The notes under the pieces were generated by a model. The model had not been told where the DNA came from, ran no database searches, and saw only the letters and a program-made list of their open reading frames with translations. The translations under genes were made by a program, and so were the position numbers. From Macrostomum lignano (lineage: Eukaryota), in the NCBI GenBank assembly GCA_002269645.1, contig NIVC01003084.1, positions 1-64,000 on the forward strand: a stretch of 64,000 bases of DNA, given 5' to 3'. Positions 34,534 to 46,500 of this stretch are shown here, piece after piece (position 1 is the stretch's first letter; every line of letters starts with the position of its first letter).

Positions 34534-37500
34534 CTAACTGGCGGAGGCTGAGGTGGCAGCGGCCCGCATCTGGCGGAGGGTCTCGTGGCAGCGGGCGCAG
34601 ACGCGCACCGGCTCCCGGTATTGTGGCGGCAGCGGGGCGCTGTGCGACGAGCACTCGGCGCAGAACACTTCGCCGCAGTTTCGGCAGTGATGCTGAAGCA
34701 ATGTTGGCGGTATGAATATAACGAATAAGATGCTTTATAGTACTTTTAAGTAGCATATAATAAATGGTCTGATGAACCTTCTGACTTTTCCGGATGAATT
34801 TCGGGCTATAGTGATGAGTGTACATTGGCTTCATTGTACGTGTTATCATTTACTTCGGCATCAGTGCTTGCTAGTCCACAGCTTGCACGCCATACTCATT
34901 TTGCCACGGGTCAGAGCGCGAGTCCTCACTCACAGCATTGTAAAAATAACAATCGCGCGCTCACCCGTCGCAGCGTGAGGCTGAACATCTTCTCGCACTT
35001 GCTGCACTGCTTGGCCTGGTCGTCGCGCACCCAGACCGACTGCGGGTGGTCTCCTGCGACACCTGCAGCCGCTGATTGTCCCGGCCAATGTCCAGCAGCG
35101 CCGACTGCAGCTCCTCCAGTTGGCGCCGCTGCTCGGCTAGCTCCCGGTTGAGCCGGTCGCGCTCGTCAGCGTCCACTATGAGGCGCTCGGTGAGGCGGCG
35201 CTTCTCCTCGTCCAGCTCGTCCACTTGGCGCTCGCTCTCTGAATAGTAATTACAGCTTGCTACTCGCGTGATGCTACTGGGGAGTAGTCAGACAGACTGG
35301 GAGGGTCTGTATTTCTACCGCAGCTCAGAGCTGCTGCCCAATCACAGCAGGGCGAACTGCAGCTCAGCTTAATTTGTCACTCGCTCACTGCGGCTGAATT
35401 TAGAAGTGACGCAAGCTGTCTATTCAGCTGCATACAAACCCTATGTAGTCATGTAATGAAATCATTACTATTGTGTCTGAGTCAGACAGACGAATAAGCC
35501 AGGTGGCAGGAACCTCACCCTTCTTAGCGACCTCAGCAGCCTCAGTCAGGCGCTGAATCTCCGCCCGCATTGACTCCGCCGCTTTGCCAGCCTCCGCCAG
35601 ATCGGCCTCCGCAGTGGAGAGCCGCTCAGCTCCCTGCAGCTGCTCCGTCTCCTGCAGCAGTTAATTGCAACAATGCAAAATGATAGAGATTAGCCAATCA
35701 GCAATCAGCTGGGCAGCCCGATTGCACTCACGCATTTCAGCCGCAGTTCTCTGAGCTCTGCATCTCGACCGTCCCGTTCAGCCTCTGTGGCAGCCAGCTG
35801 TTCAGCGAGTTTCGCCAGCTCGGCCGCTTTGATGTCAACCGATTCGCGCAGACTCCCTTCAGACTGTTGCAGCGATTCGATGCTTGCCGACAGCTCTGAC
35901 ACTCGCTGCGGGTGTGGCCATTCCGATTGACCAATCAGAGAGATGCTAAAGGGAAGCCTCAATAATCACTGACCAATCAGAGAGAAGCTAAAGGGAAGCC
36001 TCATTAATCACTGACCAATCAGAGAGAAGCTAAAGGGAAGCCTCATTAATCACTGACCAATCAGAGAGAAGCTAAAGGGAAGCCTCATTAATCACTGACC
36101 AATCAGAGAGAAGCTGAAGGGAAGCCTGCTAATCTCCCATGTACTAGCAAAGGCGCCCGCGGTTCACGTTACTCACCTGTTCAAGCTCCTCATGCCGAGC
36201 AGCCGCCAGATCCAGCTGCTCTCGCGACTGCGCCAACTCCGATGTCAGACGATCGTTGGCGGCAGATGTCTCGGCTAGCTTTGTTGTCAGAGAGTCCCTC
36301 TCCTGACAGGCTGTTGCCAACTCCTGACGAGTGCCAGTCAGCTCACTGGTCAGCGAGTCCCGCTCCTGACAGGCTGTCGCCAACTCCTGACGAGTGCCAG
36401 TCAGCTCACTAGTCAGCGAGTCCCGCTCCTGACAGGCTGTCGCCAACTCCTGACGAGTGCCAGTCAGCTCACTAGTCAGCGAGTCCCGCTCCTGACAGGC
36501 TGTCGCCAACTCCTGACGAGTGCCAGTCAGCTCACTAGTCAGCGAGTCCCGCTCCTGACAGGCTGTCGCCAACTCCTGACGAGTGCCAGTCAGCTCACTA
36601 GTCAGCGATTCCCGCTCCTGACAGGCTGTCGCCAACTCCTGACGAGTGCCAGTCAGCTCACTAGTCAGCGAGTCCCGCTCCCGTTCGAGTCCCGCAACTT
36701 TCTTCTGCGCAGATGTCAGCTCCTCCGTCAGCGAGTCCCTTTGCTGACAGAGTTCATTAAACTCCCGACGCGAACTTTCTAGCTGCAATACAATCGAATC
36801 CCGCTCTGCACTGATTTTGTTGGCTTCCTCGCGAACCGAGGCAACATTTTCAGCTAGCGAGTCCCGCTCCTGCACCAGCTTATCCAAATCCGAGCGAGTG
36901 GCAGCTAAATCCGCTGTCAGCGAGTCCCGCTCCTGCACCAGCTTATCCAAATCCGAGCGAGTGGCAGCTAAATCCGCTGTCAGCGAGTCCCGCTCCTGCA
37001 CCAGCTTATCCAAATCCGAGCGAGTGGCAGCTAAATCCGCTGTCAGCGAGTCCCGCTCCTGCACCAGCTTATCCAAATCCGAGCGAGTGGCAGCTAAATC
37101 CGCTGTCAGCGAGTCCCGCTCCTGCACCAGCTTATCCAAATCCGAGCGAGTGGCAGCTAAATCCGCTGTCAGCGAGTCCCGCTCCTGCACCAGCTTATCC
37201 AAATCCGAGCGAGCAGTCGTCAAGTCTGCTGTCAGCGAGTCCCGCTCCTGCACCAGCTTATCCAAATCTGAGCGAGCGGCAGCTAAATCCGCTGTCAGCG
37301 ACTGGCGAGTTGCATTTAACTCAGTTGTCAGCGCGTTAATTTCTAAGCGCGCGCTGCTCAAATCGGCTGCTAGGGAGTCGCGCTGGCCTGAGAGGCTGTC
37401 TGCCCTCTGTCTGCCGGTCTCGGCTTCAGCGGCCGCATCCGCCAGACTGGCTTTCAATTCGGCCAGCTCTGCCTGCGGAATAAAATCACACAAGAGCGCT

Positions 37501-40500
37501 AATTACAAGCTCACACAGGGTGTACGCGGCCTTGACTTTCTATTCGTCAGACATGTACACCCTGTGCCTCGGGGGCTGGCAAGTTTGCGTGCACAAGCCC
37601 CAAATGAATGTGGCCGCGCAGGGGTCGTGGCGCGAGAGTCGGATGACCAACTTTGCTCCTTGCTAATTAGACTACTGACAGTAACAGTACTGAATTTGTT
37701 TCGTAATTTTGTAGTTCCTCGTATTCTTACCTCGTGCTTCTCGCGAGCGGCAGTTAGCGAGTGCTCCAATTTCTGAAGCTTCTTCTGCTGCTTGGCCATT
37801 GACTTGCTCTGCTCCTGCTCAAGGTGGACAAGTCAAGGTCAATACTATTGTTAACCGGAACTGAGCCCTGCTGTAATGCTGTACTAACCGCTCACCTGCT
37901 TTTCAGACTCCAGCTGGCTGGCGCTGCTCTTCAGCGCGTCCAGCTCCTCGGCCAGCCGGCCCTGCATCGACTCCGCCGTCTGGATCGTCTCAGTCGCATC
38001 GGCCAGTCGCCGCTCGGCCTGGTCGGCCCGATCTCTCTGGCCGGACACAGCGGAGCGAAGCTCTCCGCAGGAGGCCTCGGCCGCCGCTAGTCGCGTCCGC
38101 AGGTCCTCGGCCAAGCCGTCCAGCTCGCGCTCTCGACTGGCGGACTCGGCTGCCTCGGCAGCGGACTCCGACTGCAGCCGATCGATTTTGTCGGCTAGCA
38201 GCCGCTCCAGGTCGCATTTTTCATTGTAGGCCGTCTGGCTGGCCGATAGCTGCTGGCGCACTTCGGACAGAGTCTGCAGGAGTAGCGGAGGCAAGAGTCT
38301 CACTATATGAGATCCTTGAGTCTCACTGAGATCCTTGAGTCTCACTATATGAGATCCTTGAGTCTCACTATATGAGATCCTTGAGTCTCACTATATGAGA
38401 TCCTTGAGTCTCACTGAGATCCTTGAGTCTCACTATATGAGATCCTTGAGTCTCACTATATGAGATCCTTGAGTCTCCACTTGAGACAACCTCACCTGTT
38501 GCAGCCGTTGCGTTTCCTCTTCGCGACTGGCCGCTGCATCGGCCGCCTCGCGTCTCAGCGCTTCGATTTGCGCCTCCGCCTCGGTGCGCGCGTCGCGCTC
38601 GGCGGCCGCCTCGGCCCGTCGGTTCGACAGCTCGTCGGATAGCTGGCGCTCGCGATCCTCGGCGGCGCGAGATGAAGCTTCCAGCTGCCGTTGAGATGGG
38701 ATTATTTTAGAAAATTTAATACCAGTGGCTGTATTACTCATGGGTGCGATCTATCAGCTGCGTACTAACCGCGGCCAAATCAGCTTAACTTTCAGGGCTG
38801 ATTCTGGTTGAGTACTGAAAACAAATAATTTTTTCAGCTTCACTTCAACAGCCTAGTGGGGAACGCAAAGTCTAGCGCAGGCATAGTTAGACAGTTGAAG
38901 CGCTAACCTGAGCCTGCAGTCCGTCAGCTTTCTGGCGCAGCTCAGTCAGCTCAGCGGTCAGCTTGGCGTGCTCCTGCTCCGACTGAGCTGCTTTCTCTCT
39001 GAGCAGTTGGCAGTTCTGTAGGTAAGAAATAGAAAATACGACTGTGGGTGTTTCTTACAGTTTCTAGGGCATCTAAGGGCATTACGCAAATCTAAGGAAA
39101 TGACAATGACAACGCTAACCCGCATAGATTTGCCCAGCGTATCCATTGCCTCCTCCAAGCTGGCCTGCGTCCGAGCCGTCTCGGCCTCCGCGTCAGCTCT
39201 GGCCGACTCCGCCGACCTGGCGGCCTCCTTTGCCTCGGCCAGGCCGGCTTCAAGACTGGCCAGCTCGCTGCGCAGGCAGTCCGCCTGCTCCTCCAGGTTG
39301 GCCGCGATCGCCTCCCGCTCGGCTAGCAGGCGCGCAGTGGCCGCTTCGCGCTCTCGCGCCTGCTTAGCCCGCGCCGCCTCCGCCTCCGCCTCTGTCGCTG
39401 AATTGGCCGCCAGCTCGGCCGCCATTCGAGTCTCGGCTAGCTCAGCGGCCAGCGCCTCCCGAGCGGCCCGCTCGCTGGCCAATCTGGCGCGGGATTCGTC
39501 GCGCTGTCGCGCCAATTCGCGCTCCTGCGCCTGCGCCGCCGCCGTCAGCCTGGCGATCTCGTCGTCGCGCTGGCGCAGCCGCTGGGCCTCGGCGTGCCGC
39601 GACTCCTCGCGAATGGCCGCCGCCTGCCTGTCGAACTCCTGGCGCATCTCGCCGGCCTGCTGGCTGGCCCGCTCCTCTGTGGCCGACACGCGGCGTCTGG
39701 CGTCCTCAAGCTCGGCGCGCAGGCGACCAAGTTCTGAGTCTTTGCTGCGATAAGACGCAAATTTTGAGCACAGATATTTGAATATTTTATTTGAAAAACT
39801 AGTGTCTATGATGGCACTTTGATATCGAAAGACGAGATTTCGCGAGAAGCTGGCCGATGAGGTTTTAGGATCTACGATGGGATCTCTTAAGACAATAGGA
39901 TTTGGGATTTAAGACAATAGGATTTGGGAATTTAAGACAATGGGATTTGGGGATTGAAGATAATAGGATTTTGGGATCTAAGACAATGGGATTTGGGGAT
40001 CTAAGACAATGGGATTTGGGGATCTAAGACAATGGGATTCAGGGATCTAAGACAATGGGATTTGGGAATTTAAGACAATGGGATTCGGGGATCTAAGACA
40101 ATGGGATTCGGGGATCTAAGACAATGGGATTCGGATATGTTTCAATGAAATTTCGGGATCCAAGTCGATACAACAATTTGTCATCTAAGACGCTGCGAGC
40201 TCGGTTTCTAAGATGATGAATATCTTAAGATCTTAATTGAGGTTTAGAGCTTCTCCAAAACCCCCATGTGCATGTACTCGTAAGTGTATTAGGATCCCCC
40301 ACATGGCAACAGACGCCGAGAAGTCCTGTACCTGGCCAAGATGTCGCGGGACTCGGCCTCCTTGGCGGTGGCGGCCTCGGCGGCGGCCAGCTCCACAGCT
40401 GCCAGCCGGTGCTGCAGTTCGGCGCGCAGCTCCTCGATTCGCGCCTCGGCCGCCTGTTCAGCCGAGCGCTGATTGGCCGCGCTGTCATCCTGCAGCTGCC

Positions 40501-43500
40501 GGCGGAGCTGCTGGAGCTCCGCGTCTTTCCTGGGAGAGGATGGACGGGCTTTTGAAATCCTATCTGGGGGATAATTGGGTTCAGAATCCCATCTGTGGAT
40601 TATAGGGTTCGAAATCGCATCTGGAGGATTATAGGGCTCAGAATCCTATCTGGGGGATTATAGGGTTCAGAATCCCATCTGGGGGATTATTGGGTTCAGA
40701 ATCCCATCTGGGGGATTATAGGGCTCAGAATCCCATCTGGGGGATTATAGCTGGGTTCAGAATCCCATCTGGGGATTATAGGGTTCGAAATCGCATCTGG
40801 GGAATTATAGGGCTCAGAATCCCATCTGGGGGATTATAGGGTTCATAATCCCATCTGGGGGATTATAGGGTTCAGAATCCCATCTGGGGGATTATTGGGT
40901 TCAGAATCCCATCTGGGGGATTATAGGGCTCAGAATCCCATCTGGGGGATTATAGCTGGGTTCAGAATCCCATCTGGGGATTATAGGGTTCGAAATCGCA
41001 TCTGGGGAATTATAGGGCTCAGAATCCCATCTGGGGGATTATAGGGTTCATAATCCCATCTGGGGGATTATAGCTGGGTTCAGAATCCCATCTGGGGATT
41101 ATAAGGTTCGAAATCGCATCTAGAGGATTATAGGGCTCAGAATCCCATCTCAGAATCCCATCTGGGGATTATAGGGTTCAGAATCCCATCTGGGGATTAT
41201 AGGGTTCAGAATCCCATCTGGGGGATTATAGGGTTCAGAATCCCATCTAGGGATTATAGGGTTCAGAATCCCATCTGGGAGATTATAGGGTTCAGAATCC
41301 CATCTGGGGATTATAGGGTTCAGAATCCTATCTGGGGGATTAAGTTTCAAAATCGTATCTGTGGATTACTGTGGTAGATTCCCTACAGACTCAATACCAA
41401 TAGGCAGTCAAACACTGAGAGTCTCACTGCTGCCGCAGCTCCTGCAGTTTGGTCTCCATATCGGTGGCCAGAGATTTGCGCAGCTCCTGCAGTTTTCTAG
41501 CCGACTCGATGCCAGCATCTTCTAATCGGGTCTGCAGCTCTGCGCTGGCCTGCTTCAGCTCTTGAACCTGCTGACGGTGCCTGCATGTCGTTGTTTAAAT
41601 ATTTCGGGTTTTTTCCAGTTTCTTAGAAAGTGGATTCATCCTCAGCGCAGAAATCGCATGAGAAAATGTCTCACTTTTGACTGGCATTCTTAGCTCTGAG
41701 CTCGATGGCCTGTTTCTCCTCGGTTAGGGCTTTCACGGCTCGCTCGGACTCGCTAAATTGATGGGTTGAAATTACATAAGACTAATTAAATAAAATAAGA
41801 AACTAATAAAATAAAATAACGCTTACTCTGCCTTAGCTTGCAACTCAGAGCGCAGCGATTCAATCTCTTTGTCGCGACTGAAAGCGGCAGTTTAAAAATA
41901 GACACAAGTATAACAGAGGCGACACTTTATTAACTATAGTAAATGGATAACTATCGTATGAACTACCGTTTGATTTCACTGTCAGCCTTTTGTTGGCTGC
42001 TCTGCTTTTCCGACATCAGATTCTTCAGGGCTTCATCAGCGGACCTGCAATATTTTGAACATTTACGCCGCATGAAGGCTGAAGTTTGTTGAATAGCCAA
42101 GTTTTGCTGCGTAGCAAAGTAAGAATAGATGCGGGAGTGAGTCTGGGTGAGAGGTGGGGGAAGGAGGGTGACAGGTGAGAGAGAAGGAAAGGCAGATATA
42201 GAGTGGGAGAGGAAAGCTCCTTTCGAGGAGAGGGAGACGGGGAGGTGAGAAGAAGAGAGAAGGAGAGAAAGAGGGGAGACGTAGAGGGAGGGGAAGGAGA
42301 GAGAGAGGGAGAAGAGAGGAAGGGGAGTGGGAGAGGTAGATGGAGAGGGAGGAGGGGTAGAGGTAAAGGAATAGGGAGGGGAGAGGGAGTGAGAGGGTGA
42401 GAGGTAGGAGGAGAGGTAGAGGGAGGGTGAGAGGTAGGTGGAGAGGGAGGAGGAGAGGTAGAGGGAGGGTGAGAGGTAGATGGAGAGGGAGGAGGAGAGG
42501 TAGAGGGAGGGTGAGAGGTAGATGGAGAGATAGGAGGAGAGGTAGAGGGAGGGTGAGAGGTAGATGGAGAGGGAGGAGGAGAGGTAGAGGGAGGGTGAGA
42601 GGTAGATGAGAGGTAGGAGGAGAGGTAGAGGGAGGGTGAGAGGTAGATGGAGAGGGAGGAGGGGTAGAGGTAAAGGAATAGGGAGGGGAGAGGCAGAGGG
42701 AGGGTGAGAGGTAGATGGAGAGGGAGGAGGAGAGGTAGGGGAGGGTGAGAGGTAGATGGAGAGGGGGAGGGTGAGAGGTAGATGGAGAGGGAGGAGGGGT
42801 AGAGGTAAAGGAATAGGGAGGGGAGAGGCAGAGGGAGAGGGAGTGGGAGGGTGAGAGGTAGATGGAGAGATAGGAGGAGAGGTAGAGGGGGAGGGGATGA
42901 TGGAGCAGAAGAATCGAAAGGACAGAAGAGAGGTAAGAAGCGAGGTGGACAGTGCAGCATGGCAGCGCAGCATGTCAGTGCAGCACTTCTCTTACCCAGA
43001 CTTGGATTGCAACTCAGTGGTGAGCGATTCGATTTGTTCCTCTTTCCTGCAAATAAACAGCGCACAAAGATTTCCGATTAGCTAAAATAAAAGAAAGTCA
43101 GTGAAATTTATCTACTCATCAAACCTTTGAATTTCTTCGTCGGCGATTCTCTCCGACTCAAGCTTCTCAGCGGCCAGTTGTTTCAGGGACTGCTCGGCGG
43201 CGCTGTAAAATAGGGCGATGAAAGTAATTAAAGCTTACCTTCAATAATAATTAGGCATGCAATAAAAATAATCCTTCTGTACACTTCAATGAAATCCGCA
43301 CTCACTCGAGCTTGGCCAGCAGCTTTTGTTTCAACTTTTCGATCGCTTGGTCTTTTCTGAAAAGAAAAAAGTACACGAAAAACTTTGATTGCTTGCATTA
43401 GTGAGAACATTTTTAAGAAAGCATAAAGCCACGTCGCATCAAACAGACTTATCACTGGTTTCTTTGAGCCGCTTCTCTAACGCTTGCTTCTCGTCAGAAA

Positions 43501-46500
43501 GTGTTTTCAAGGCTTTGTCAGCAGAGCTGAAATATAAGTAGGGTAATTTTATATAATAAAGCCCCGATACTAGTGTCTTCACAAGTGGCGCTAAAACTGG
43601 TGTCTTCACAAGTGGCGCTAAAACTGATGTCTTCACAAGTGGCGCTATAACTGGTGTCTTCACAAGTGGCGCTAAAACTAGTGTCTTCAAGTGGCGCTAA
43701 AACTAGTGTCTTCAAGTGGCGCTAAAACTAGTGTCTTCAAGTGGCGCTAAAACTAGTGTCTTCAAGTGGCGCCAAAACTAGTGTCTTCAAGTGGCGCTAA
43801 AACTAGTGTCTTCAAGTGGCGCCAAAACTAGTGTCTTCAAGTGGCGCCAAAACTAGTGTCTTCAAGTGGCGCTAAAACTAGTGCCTTAAACTCTTTAAGC
43901 AGTACTTACTCAGACTTCGATTTGAACTCCGCTCTAAGCGCCTCAATAGTCTGTTGTGCACTGAAAAGGAGGTCGAACTGAAACCAATGTAAAATTAGCA
44001 TAATCAAAATTGAAAAGTTGAAATTCCAAAAAAGCCAGTCGGTACCGCTGTTTCTCAGCCTCGGCTGCAGATTCAATCGATTGCTTGCTCTCAGTCAGAC
44101 TGCTTAGAGCATGTTCGGCTGAGCTGAAATGAAAAGATGATATCAATTTGAAATGCATTGTTTTAAGTAAGTTAATAAATATACTAATAGTTACACTGTA
44201 CTCATTCATGCTCACTTTAATTTCGATTGCAGCTCAGCATTTTTCTTCGCCAACTCCTGGTCACGTCTGCAATATTAAAGTGATTATTTTCTCATAAAAC
44301 TAAGCGTGAACAGATAAAAGAAAATTCAATATCACGGTTTCAAAACAGTACTTTGTAGAATCCTCTTGTAATTTCTCTAGTGCCAGTCGCTCAGTGGCCA
44401 GACTCCGTTGCGCTTCATCTGCGCAGCTGAAAGTAAATTAGTTTATTAATTTTTACATCGGCATGTAGCTATGCATAGCAATTTTAGATATATTTAGATA
44501 GCTTGAAATTGAGTGGATCACGGGTAGGGGAAACTTGGAGAGATTAGATCACAGGTAGGAGATACCTGGAGAGATTAGATCACAGGTAGGAGATACCTGG
44601 AGAGATTAGATCACAGGTAAGGAATACATAGAAAGATTAGTTCACAGGTAGGGATTCCTGGAGAGATTAGATCACAGGTAGGAGATACCTGGAGAGATTA
44701 GATCACAGGTAAGGAATACATAGAAAGATTAGTTCACAGGTAGGGATTCCTGGAGAGATTAGATCACAGTTAGGAGATACCTGGAGAGATTAGATCACAG
44801 GTAAGGAATACATAGAAAGATTAGTTCACAGGTAGGGATTCCTGGAGAGATTAGATCACAGTTAGGAGATACCTGGAGAGATTAGATCACATGTAAGGAA
44901 TACATAAAAAGATTAGATCACAGGTAGGGATTCCTGGAGAGATTAGATCACAGGTAGGGGACACCTGGGAGTGAGTGGATCAGGTGGGGCACAAGTAAAA
45001 TTATTGAAAAAGTTTGGCATGCTATTGAATATTGTTGAGTCCTACTTTGATTTCAACTGTAGATCCGCTCTAACAGCATGCAATTGTTCGTGATGTCTGA
45101 AAAAAAAACAAGATAAAAATGAACAGCATAGTTGATCAAGTAGGCTTAGGCTTAACTATCTCCCCAACTGACACCGCGACTTGCCTCTGCCGCTCGTCCG
45201 CCAGAGAGCACTCAAGCGACTGTTTCTGTTCGGTTAGGCACTGGATCTCCTGTGCGGCAGTACTAAAATTAGCATAACTTAACTTTGAAAAAGATAATAG
45301 CGATGTGAAGTGTACACAATTTACTAAGGTTTTTGGTTGAACTCACTCTGAAGAGGACTGAATCTCGGCCTTAAGGGTAACAATAATTTGATCCTTTCTA
45401 AAAATGTGTTTTAGTTTGCGGGTGCGAGAAATAACAATAACAGTGAGTGTGGGTGTGAAAGACTGCCGGTGAAAGAGTGACAGTGAGTGTGGGTGTGAAA
45501 GACTGCCAGTGAAAGAGTGACAGTGAGTGTGAAAGAGTGACAGTGAGTGTGAGTGTGAAAGACTGCCGGTGAAAGAGTGACAGTGAGTGTGGGTGTGAAA
45601 GACTGCCGGTGAAAGAGTGACAGTGAGTGTGAAAGAGTGACAGTGAGTGTGGGTGTGAAAGACTGCCAGTGAAAGAGTGACAGTGAGTGTGGGTGTGAAA
45701 GAGTGACAGTGAGTGTGGGTGTGAAAGACTGCCGGTGAAAGAGTGACAGTGAGTGTGGGTGTGAAAGAGTGACAGTGAGTGTGGGTGTGGAAGAGTGACA
45801 GTGAGTGTGGGTGTGAAAGACTGCCAGTGAAAGAGTGCCAGTGAGTGTGGGTGTGGAAGACTGCCAGTGAAAGAGTGACAGTGAGTGTGGGTGTGAAAGA
45901 CTGCCGGTGAAAGAGTGACAGTGAGTGTGGGTGTGGAAGACTGCCAGTGAAAGAGTGACAGTGAGTGTGGGTGTGAAAGACTGCCAGTGAAAGAGTGACA
46001 GTGAGTGTGGGTGTGAAAGACTGCCAGTGAAAGAGTGACAGTGAGTGTGGGTGTGGAAGACTGCCAGTGAAAGAGTGACAGTGAGTGTGGGTGTGGAAGA
46101 GTGACAGTGGGTGTGGGTGTGGAAAACTGCCGGTGAAAGAGTGACAGTGAGTGTGGGTGTGGAAGACTGCGGGTGAAAGAGTGACAGTGTGGGTGTGAAA
46201 GACTGCAAGTGAAAGAGAGGAAGTGACTGTGAATGCGAGAGTGAATACAACACACAGCAGGAGCAGAAATACACCGCCATAGCTCACTCAATCAGTTTTT
46301 CATTCAACTCGGCCAAAGCGGCTGCGGCAGCTTTAGATTCATCATCCGCCTTATCCTGTTTATCAGTAGCGTCCAGCTTCACTCCCGTCCTGATGAAGTC
46401 ACTATTCAGATCGGGAGGTATCTCAATGTCAGCGAAACTTGCCAACCCGTTGCTGGTAGCAGCGGCTGACTCGGCAGTGTTGGACTAGGAGATATTGCAG

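Noticed and set aside
41963-46291. Ser/Pro- and His/Thr-rich ORFs of 290-346 aa
   Set aside because: They run through intronic repeats; only the short embedded EEA1 exons are credible.
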